In this document: positions 1 to 64,000 of the stretch, piece after piece
How the letters are laid out: each line of letters starts with the position of its first letter
Position numbering within the stretch: the stretch's first letter is position 1
From: the human T2T-CHM13v2.0 reference genome, Homo sapiens
NCBI RefSeq assembly: GCF_009914755.1
Contig: NC_060945.1
Length of the DNA: 64,000 nucleotides
Strand: one strand, 5' to 3'
Translations under genes and position numbers: made by a program
The notes under the pieces: model-generated
What the model saw: only the letters and a program-made list of their open reading frames with translations
Databases searched by the model: none
Told to the model about the DNA's origin: nothing

Positions 1-509
1 ACTGGTAGCCATTCTATTCCCTCGCACTGGCTCTGCAGTCAGGGGACCTGGTTTGGGATTTTCTCTCTGTATTTGAGACTGGGCTCTGCCCTTGGCAGCT
101 GAGCCCCCACAGCTCACAGCTTGCCCCACGTTCCAAAGAACAAGAAATGCTCCTCTGGCCTCCTCAGCTTCTCCCTGGACGTCCCCGGGTAACAGTGAGG
201 ACAGCAGCTCCTCCCCAACCAATGGACAAGCTCAGGGTCTGGAACCAGAGCAACTGGGTCTGATCTGGGTGCGACCACTGCCAGGGTGAGCAACCTCTCT
301 GCCTCCATTTTCTCATCTGCAAAATGGGAACAATGAAGGTGCCCCTTTTTGGGGTTTGCAGACTAAAGGTGATAAGGAATGGGGGTGTCTTCAACTCTGA
401 ATGTAAAGGAAAAGCGTTGAGGACAATCTCGCCGGTACCAGGAGTGGGGGTGATTCCCAGAGTTGCTGTCCCCACCTCCCCCTGGAGGTGGCTCCCCCTG
501 GAGTGGCTA

Positions 510-6212
<5,703 letters not shown>

Positions 6213-7573
6213 TCAGCGAGGAGCCACTCCAGCACGCTCGGGAAGGGCATCGTTACTGCTGCAAACAAGCACACGGCCCTCCACGACGAACCTTTTGCAA
6301 GTGAAGGCGCACGAACAGGCCCGGAGGGACTACAAAGAAACCCAGAAACCAGACTTGGACACATGAAATAAAGGGGTTAGCTGAAGGAATACTCCACAGT
6401 TAAGGACGGCCTGCGCGAGGTCACCGGCCCTGTCTTGGTTTTTTGCCACTTCGCTCCAGTTAGTTTCCCAAGTTCCACCTACGCGCGCGCCAGCTGAGAA
6501 AACGCCCACCCCGGCGGTCCCGCCACAGGTCACAGGCGGTGCGGACCCCGGGACTGTGTCCGGGCTTCGGTGTCCAGAGAGCTCCAAGACACCCAAACCT
6601 TCCGTGGTTTCCACCTCTGCAAGCTTATGTTCCGCTGAGCTCAAGCTGAGGGACGACGACCTCATGCGACGTCAGTTTCCCCCTGGGACCACGAACCCAC
6701 GGCCCCATTTCTCTTCTGTCTACTAAAAACCTTTTCTTTTCTTTTTTTTTTGAGACCTAAGACATCAGTGAGACACACGAGCAGACACGGGCTCGGTCGG
6801 GAAAGGCGGGAGCTCCAAGCGGCGGGGCCTGCAGGTCCAGGCGGTTCGCGGGCTTTCTGACCGCATTCGGCCGAGTTCTTCTCTGAAGACCCAGGACCCC
6901 CGGCCGAGGGGGCGCATTCGGCGGGCTGGTGGCGTAGGATTTTGTTTCGGGTTCCCAGGGTCCCGGCAAGGGTGAGGGAGCCCTTGCGGATCCCCTGAGA
7001 TCCACCTCAGCAGCCTCCTCCGTGGTAGGCCTCAACTTCCCGCGGCGGCCCACAGCCAACGACTAATGCCTGAGCGGGAGAAAACGGCCTGGCCCTGTCC
7101 GGGTGGTTGCTGAGCACCGTTCGGCGCCGCCCGCGCCTGCAGGGAGCCCGGCCCGCTGTCCTGGTGGACACAAAGCCCAGGGGCCGCCCGCGCGGGACCA
7201 GCAGCGCGAACTTTTTGCCGCTCGGCCAGCCTGGCAGGGGATTTTAAAATCGGCCAATCACAGCGGGCGCCAGGCCTCCGCTTTCCGCTTACTGGTCCTG
7301 CCGTAGGAGGCGGGTACGTGAGCGCACCAATCTGTGGCCGGCGAGCGTAAAGGGCGGGGCTCCGCCCAGGCTGCACCGCCCAGAGCGCGCGTGCGCGAGA
7401 CCGGAAACGCAGCCCCCTGATTGGCGGCGCGTGTCGGGGGCGGGGCCGCGGCTGCGTGACAGTTGTCGCGGGGGAGGGCGAGCCCAAGCGCGGGGGAGGG
7501 AGTGTAAATAGAGCGAAGGCTGCTCTGTGTCAGCCCCGTCACCGCCGGGCGGCCCGCGCGGAGTCTGAGGGAG

Positions 7574-49990
<42,417 letters not shown>

Positions 49991-49994
49991 GTAA

Positions 49995-54339
<4,345 letters not shown>

Positions 54340-54624
54340 AGTGTAGTTACTTACTTTTTCAGTTTTTTAAAATCTTGTGTGTCAGAATATGCGTAAGCAC
54401 TGGTACCAAATTGTGTCAGAAGAAGCCAGACTGAGTAGTCGGAATCCCCCTTGGATTCCCAAGGTGGCCGTGAAGGGGCCTGGCTGAGGTCCCCTGCCAC
54501 CTGCTGTGGTCTTGATTCTCTGCACCTATGCAGGACTGCATTTAAGCAGCAAGGTCTCCCCACTTGTGGACCCGTGCACCTGCCCCATCCAGGCGCCACC
54601 ACCCCGCCTGCTGGTCTGCATGAT

Positions 54625-55278
54625 GAGCACACGCACACACAGCACATGTGCACACACAGCACATGCACACACACATGCAGACACAGCACATACAGCACAT
54701 GTGCACACAGCATGTGTGCACACACACAGCACATGCACACACAGCACATACACAGCACATGTGCGCACACAGCACATGCGCATGCTCACACAGCATGTGC
54801 GCACAAACAGCACATACATAGCACATACACACATGCAGCACATGCGCACACACACAGCACATGCACACACACAGCACATACATGCAGCACTCACAGCATA
54901 TGTGCCCATACAAGGCACATGCACACAGCACATGCGCACACATAGCACATGTGCATACACAGCACATGCACACATGCAGCACACTCACAGCACATGTGCC
55001 CATACAAGGCACACGCACACACACAGCACATGCACACACAGCACACACACAGAGAGCACATGCACACAGCACATGTGCACACACAGCACATGCACATACA
55101 CAGCACATGTGCACGTGTAGCACATGCATGCACACAGCACATACACATAGCAGATGTGCACACAGCACGCACACACAACACGTGCACACACATGCACACG
55201 TGCTTACACAGCACATGTTCATACAGCACATGCTCATACACGCAGCACATGCACACATACACAGCACATGCACACATG
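54625..55278 (+). repeat. CA-rich degenerate tandem array (CACAGCACATG-like)
   Basis: About 650 bp of ACACAGCACATG variants. Confidence 0.95.
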
Positions 55279-55869
55279 TCATTCTGCATGTTGTCCTGCA
55301 GGATGAATGCCTGGGGCCCTCCTGCTTCTGTGTTCTGGGTCTGTACGATTTTCTGGCCTTTCTGTGGGGGGAGGGTTAGAGTCTGGAGCACTTCAGAAAT
55401 AATTGATAATTTATTTGAAGCATTATGTGCAAATTTTAGGTGATTATGGTACATATGGTTTCAAGGGGGTTTTAAACAAGGACATGCTAAGATCTCATTT
55501 CTAGCCATAAAGTAAGGTTTTGAACCTGAAAGGTTTGCTTGGTGAAGAGGGACTGCTCCTGAGAATGGGTGATGCAGCGCCGGATTCTGAGGTTAGAAAT
55601 GACTTGTTTCTTCACGTGGACAGCTCTGGGTGCTGCCCAGTGTGGACACTGGCCCCTCAGTCCTGAGGCACAGCCCTGAGACCTGCACCCTGCTGGGTAT
55701 CGTGTGGGTCTGTCTTCTCTGGAAAAGTCAGATTCTGTCTCGCTTTTCCAGGGACTCATGCTAAAGAAATTCTGTCCGTTTTATCTGTGCATAGCACAAG
55801 GAGGTGTTCGTTTTCTGAAATCGTGTGTCACCTGTGTCCTTTAACCTGTACTTTTGTTCTTCTAGGGTG

Positions 55870-57766
<1,897 letters not shown>

Positions 57767-60700
57767 TCATTGTCCCAGAATAGCTGGGATGTCCTGTTCT
57801 TCCCCGCGGCGATGCTTTATCTGAGCCTCAAATATCTTTGCACCTGTTGGAACAGCAGTCACTTGTCAGCAGTGTGACTTGACCTACACTTGTGGGGTGA
57901 TTGGATTACTTTCCGGGATACCGCCCTTGAGAGTTTGGTTGTGAGGAAAGTCCTCTGAAAACGTAAGCTTGATTTCTTTTTGATAGAAGTATGTATCCCA
58001 TAAGATTCCCCTGCCCTGCCCTGCCCCGCCTGTGCTGGTAACACGACGCAGAGCTGAGTGCAGAAGTGAATCGCATGCGGCCGGTGTGGGATGCTCAAGG
58101 CGGTGTCATCTTTTCTCGGATTGAAAACCCAAATCTATTCATAGGTTAATTATTTTAATATTAAGATAATATTAACGTTGGTTTAGATAGCATTTGAATG
58201 TCCTAAATGCGTTCTCAATTGAATGTCTTTGCCTTCTGACATTGGTATTCTCTGTGCATGCCACTTACTTATGATTAAAACATATGTGATATTTTTCTAT
58301 AATTGTGTGGATTTTAGAAAAACCTGAAAATAACTTTTTTTGAAACGTCTTTTTTGATACTGACCTCACAGCTTAGAAGAACATGGTCAATTTAAAGAGT
58401 TTTATTCCAGGCTAGAGCCTCTGCCAGGGGGTTGCAGGAAGAAAATCTCCTTTGAGCCGGCCGGTCAGATTGAGGGGGTGGCTGAGGACGCACGCTTCTG
58501 CTCGACATTGTGGCCGAGCCGAGGCCCTGGGCCTGAGGGATCACATGTGGGGCACTGGCCGTCTCACTGCTGGGCCTGCATGCCTGTGACCTGCCCAGCC
58601 CTGCCCGACGTCTCCTGGGGGCTGTCCCCCCGCGGGGAGCCGCCTCATTTGGCCTCCACCACCTCCTACGTCCTCTGCAGGTCTGCCGAAGGCCTGAGAG
58701 TGTGCAGGCAGGACAGGGCCAAGCGTGGACAGTTAGGGTGGCTCCCCTGGGTGCGAGGCGGTACCTGCGGGTGGTGCTGTGCCTTGAAACAAAGCGAAGG
58801 TCAAGACTGCACACATGGAGCTTCCAGCTGCCAGTGGGTGGAGGGAGCGCCACCTCTGTCTGCCATGCCCGGGCGTCCTGGTGGGCTGCGTGCAGTGTTG
58901 GCACTCCCTGGCTGGGGTTCTCTGTGGAGCCTGCCCTCTACCCTCTCCGTCTGCAGTGTGTGACTCTGGGATCCCGGAGGCCGCGGGGCTAGAGCGTGGC
59001 ACCAGCTGTGCTCCTGAGTGGGGCGTAGTTTGGGACGCCTGGAGCTTAGGCCAGGCTCCGCAGGCTCTGGGGGTGTCCAATGTTCTTGGGCTCCCGTGTT
59101 GGCCTCAAACAGAAGTTTGATTTTCTCATTGTTACACGGTAGGCCTCTATGAGAGATTTTTGTCCAAAGAGAGTAAGTAGTCTGTGGCTCAGAAAGATGT
59201 TCAAAGGACCACTGATTTCAGCCTTGGACTCTTGCCACATCCTTTGCTGGGCACCGGGAGCGCAGAGGTTTGCCCTCGGGCCCCACAGGCTGACGCTGTG
59301 GATGCCAGGAGGGAAGCGCCTGATCTGTGCCTGGCTGGGCCTGAGGAGCCCGTCCACTGTGTCTGAGCATGAGCTGTTGTGGGCACCATGGTGGCGCCTG
59401 GTCTTGAGGATTAATTTTCCTGTTTTCCCAGTCCCTTGGCCTCTGTCCTGCCGGGTGCATTGGCATTTGGGGTTTTGTTCTTGAATTCACCAGCGTTTTG
59501 TGGTTGGTGTACACTGAACCAGCATCCCTGTTTGGACCTCTTACTCCTGGCCCGCTGCCCCCTCCCTGGCTGTTGGTCCGGATCAATGCGTCTGTCCCCC
59601 AGGAGACGCACTGCTGATGGTTGGGGTATCAGCAAGGTAATTAAAGTTCTTTGGAAACTTTGTAGTGTGCACAGCTCAGAAGTTAATCTTAAGTCCTTCC
59701 TTTCAAACAGATGGAACTAAATCAAATCCAGGAGAGAAAGTTGATTAAAGTGAACTGTACTCACATTCCAAATGGCCTTGAGACCTTGCGAGTGACTTCA
59801 GTGTTGTGCCGTGCGAACCCGTTTCTGGTCCCTGTGACTAAGATGCAGATGCACAGCCCACCTGGCACCTCAGCAAGTTCCAGGCCGGCGCGGGGGGCAC
59901 CCGATCCTTTATCCTTTTCCTCCCCATGGCTTATCACACAAAAAAGGTAGAGAATAAAGGTCATTTCTGGTGTCAGGGCTTCCATGTGTTTATTGAAACT
60001 GTTGCCCCAGTTACTTCAGAAAAGGCACTCACTCATTGTTGACGTCTTCCTCCTCCTGAAGCTGGTGGAGCCCCAGCCCTCAGCCCTCCTGGCCGTGCTG
60101 GGCAGGGAGCGGGAGCCGGCAATCCACCCCAGATGTTCTGGAGCAGCAGGTCCCGGAGCAGCAGGTCCCACTGCTGAGGACATGGGCTTCGTGCTGTCCT
60201 TTCCTGCCTGCTAAGTAGATACAAAAAACTTACTTTATCAGTTACCTTTTCACATGCCAAGTCAAAACACAAAATAATTTCATTGTCTTAAAACTGAGCT
60301 TTTTCTAGGCAACTTTTGTCAGGCCTTTTTATATTTAAATCTGCTGTGTAACACACCTTTTCTACCAAGAATCTGTCATCACTTATCTTAGAGCTGAGAA
60401 AAGTTTATTCTAAAATATTTCATCACCTCAAAAAGAAACCCCCAGTGGCTCGTGCCTATAGTCCCAGCACCTTGGGAGGCTGAGGCAGGAGGATTGCTGG
60501 AGCCCAGGAGTTCAAGACCAAAAATAAAAAAATACTAAAAATAAAAAAATTAGCCTGGCATATTGGCGTGCCCATATAGTTCCAGCTACTCAGAGGCTGA
60601 GGTGGGAGGACCACTGGAGCCCAGAAGGTTGAAGCTGTAGCAAGCTGACATCGCACCACTGCACTCCAGGCTGCATGACAGCAAAACGTTGTCTCAAAAG

Positions 60701-60996
60701 ATAATCAATGAAAATTAAGGAAGAAAACAAGAAACTCCCCATTCTCCCTTCTCCCCCATGCCTGGTGATGTGCCGTCTGCTTGCCGTACCTGTGGGCGTC
60801 CTACGTACATAGACTCAGCGTGTGCCCTCGGTGTCCGCGGCTTTCACTTTGTGTGTTTCCCAGGTTGGCGCACGTTGTAGCATGTGTCAATACTTGCTTG
60901 GTATGTGTTTTCTGCATATCTTATGCCCTTTTTGTTCTGTATTCCTCCATTACTGCCTTTTTTCACTTTAATTTCCTTGATGTTTCCTTTACCATA

Positions 60997-61551
60997 CGGT
61001 GGTCGCCCCTTACCCACAGGGGATGCATTCCAAGACCCCCAGTGGGTGCCTGAAATCGTGAATGGTTCTGAACCCCTTATATGCTGTTTTTGTCTATACA
61101 TACCTGTCATCAACTTTTACCTTAAAGGAATCACCCTGTGGTGTCTCTGGCATATCTGAATTGCTCCGTCATCAACTTTTAACTGAAAGGCATCACTCTA
61201 TGGTGTCTCTGGCACGTCTGAATTGCAGCATTGCAATTGAACGGCCTCTCTTGCGCTTTGGGGCCGTTATTAAATGAAGTAAAGGTGACTTGAACACAGG
61301 CACTGTGATGCTGTGACAGTTGGTCTGATCACCGAGATGCCTGCGTGTGGGCAGGTAGTGCTTGCCACGTGGATAACGCCGGACAGAAGGATGACCCCCG
61401 GCCTGGCCTGCGAGATTTCCTCACACCGTTCAGCTTGGGGGCAGGCAGTTTAACACTCATAAGAGTTGTTTACTTCTGGAATTTTTCATACGATATTTTC
61501 AAAATGACGTTGAACACAAGTAACTGAAACCGCAGACAAAGGGGACTGATA
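60997..61551. mobile_element. MER44/Tigger7-like DNA transposon relic
   Basis: Ends CGGTGGTCGCCCCTTACCCACAGGGGATGCATTCCAAGACCCCCAGTGG and GAAACCGCAGACAAAGGGGACTG are degenerate inverted termini. Confidence 0.75.
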
Positions 61552-62081
61552 TATATTGAGTTATTTTCTTAGCGCTTGCCCTGAGCGTTACAGCAAGCAC
61601 CTTCTAACAATCTGGTTTGGATTAATACCAACTTAATTTTAAAAGTTTACAAAACCATTTGCTAATGTAGCATCATTCCCTCGTCTGCCCTTTGTGCTCA
61701 TATTGTCGTACCAACCACATCTTTCTATCTTTTTGTGCTCGTTACTTTATGCACGTGTCTTTTAAACCAGGAGGAAGAAGAATTGTAAACAAAAGCCATG
61801 TTGTTTTGTCTCCTGTTTTCTCTGTGTCGTTACCTGCACTACTGCTGCTCGTTTCTTCCTGGAAATTCAGGTCTGGTGCCTTATGTTTCAGCCCGAAGGA
61901 CTTCCTCTGGGATTTCTTGAAGGACAGGTCTGCTAGTGATGAATCCTCTTAGCTTTTGTTTTTGTGGGAATGTCTTAATTTCTCCTTCATCCTTGAGAGA
62001 TCATTTCCTGGATGTGGACTTCAAGATCCAGGCTTTTCCTTCAGTGCTGCGTGGGCTCTCCGCTGCCTCCCCTGTCATCCG

Positions 62082-62208
62082 GGGCTGCGTGTCGTGAGCT
62101 GCGCCCGTCTTCCTGGGCTGCGTGTCGTGAGCCGCGCCCGTCTTCCCGGGCCGCGTGTCGTGAGCCGCACCCATCTTCCTGGGGCTACGTGTCTTGAGCG
62201 GCACCCAT
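62082..62208 (+). repeat. CpG-rich minisatellite, 33-bp unit, about 4 copies
   Basis: GGGCTGCGTGTCGTGAGCCGCGCCCGTCTTCCT repeated. Confidence 0.88.
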
Positions 62209-63808
62209 ATACCTGCTGTGCACTGGCTGGCCTCAAGCTTTGTCCTGAACCCTGCTGAGGTTTGGCTGTGATGGGTGAAGTGTGGGTCTCTGTCAGTTTG
62301 TCCTACTTGGAGTTCATTGAGCTTGTATGTGGGGATTATTATTTTTATTATTATTGTTATTTTCATCAAATTTGGGAGGTTTTTGGCCGTCGTGTCTTCA
62401 AGGGTTCCTCTGCCCTTTTCTCTCCCTCTGTCTGGCTTGAGGGTGCCCCGCAGGCCTTGGAGACTGCTGAGTTTTCTTCATGTTTCTTTCTGTTCCCTGA
62501 CTGGATCGTCTTAATTGACCTATCTTCCAGCGTGTGAATTCTGTCTTCTGCCTGCTCGAGTCTGCTGCCGAACCCCTCTCTAGTGAATTTTTTTTTCTGT
62601 GATTGTATTTTTCAGCTCCAGATGTCAAGGGAGCTCTATTTCAGTCTTTCTCTCTGCTGAGGGCCCTGCGTGCATTGTGCCCTCAGGGCTCTGGCGGGCG
62701 GTGGACAGCCTGGCCCTGGCCTTCACCCCTGCTGTGCCAAGCCACATGGTCACTGCAGCCGGCCCAGGACCTCTTGGGCCTTTCCAGCGTGGGCACAGCC
62801 CTGCACGTGTTCACACCTTGTAGAGTCCCAGAAGATGTCAGAGCTTTCCAGAGGCCCCTGTGGACATCGCATTCTCAAGTGTTTTCTTTTGTTTTTCTGG
62901 CAGTCCCTTATTAGTCCCAACTGGTTTCTCTACTGTGGGCAGTGCGGCTATTAAACACTTGACACTGACTGTTTCCAACCGGTGCCCTGGGGTAGATTTT
63001 TTTTTTTTTTTTTTTTTTTTTTGAGACAGAGTCTCTGTCGCCCAGGCTAGAGTGCAGTGGCGCAATCTAGGCTCACTGCAAGCTCTGCCTCCCAGGTTCA
63101 CACCATTCTCCTGCCTCAGACTCCCGAGTAGGTGGGACTACAGGTGCCCACCACCACACCCAGCTAATTTTTGTATTTTTAGTAGAGATGGGGTTTCACC
63201 ATGTTAGCCAGGATGGTCTCGATCTCCTGACCTTGTGATCTGCCCGCCTTGACTTCCCAAAGTGCTGGGATTACAGGCGTGAGCCACCGCGCCCGGCCAA
63301 CCCTGGGTAGAATTTTTGACACCGAGAGCTCTGACCCAGTCACGGCAGCAAGGTGCCCGGCAGGTGGGCTCGGGCAGTTGTGCATGGAAATTTTGGGGTG
63401 CTCCAAATCCATTCTGTCCCCCACCCCACCCCAGCAGCTACTGGTTTTCAGGGCTGTTAGATTGGAGAGGAGATATGGAGTCAGGGCAAAGTTAAGCACC
63501 TGAAGTTTGTTCTTATGGACACTCAGCCTGTGTTTTCCATAAACACTCTTCGGATGATTGCAAACCTGACCAGATTTCCACAGCTCTGAAAACACTGGTT
63601 TTGATGGTTTTTACCACTTTTTCTTTTATAGAGGAACAGATTTTGGAGGTCCTTACTTTGCCATTCTAGAAGTGCTACCTCTGGAAGTTTAAAAAAATAA
63701 GCTTATTTCATTAATTTAATTGGCCGGGTGCAGTGGCTCACACCTGTAATCCCAGCACTTTTGGAGGCCAGTGTGGGTGGATCACTTGAGGTCAGGAGTT
63801 TCAGACTA

Positions 63809-64000
<192 letters not shown>

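Noticed and set aside
54351-55454. His/Thr- and Cys/Val-rich ORFs
   Set aside because: They are translations of the CA/TG array

Overview
Human DNA, recognised as distal chr21q22.3. It holds the 5' part of PCNT (pericentrin, + strand, coding exons 1-15, 7574-49990; intron 15 runs off the window end). C21orf58 lies head-to-head on the - strand (coding exons 1-3, 6083 down to 557, continuing off the window start), sharing a CpG-island promoter. All exon boundaries were read from GT/AG sites and the phases join into one open frame. The introns are dense in Alus and also contain L1, MLT2A, THE1 and MER44 relics and several minisatellites. Main leads: (1) a hidden, phase-compatible, coiled-coil-coding exon in PCNT intron 15 (52618-52866), with further decayed exon-like segments in introns 8 and 14; (2) exons 7-8 bracketed by inverted Alus, which would give a 312-nt circRNA with a stop-free endless frame; (3) a coding 39-bp VNTR in exon 3 with 9 units, apparently one more than the reference transcript; (4) a 5' splice site re-created at the exon 13/14 junction; (5) an Alu-derived start codon for C21orf58. 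Repeat boundaries are approximate, and comparisons to reference or mouse sequence are from memory and unverified.
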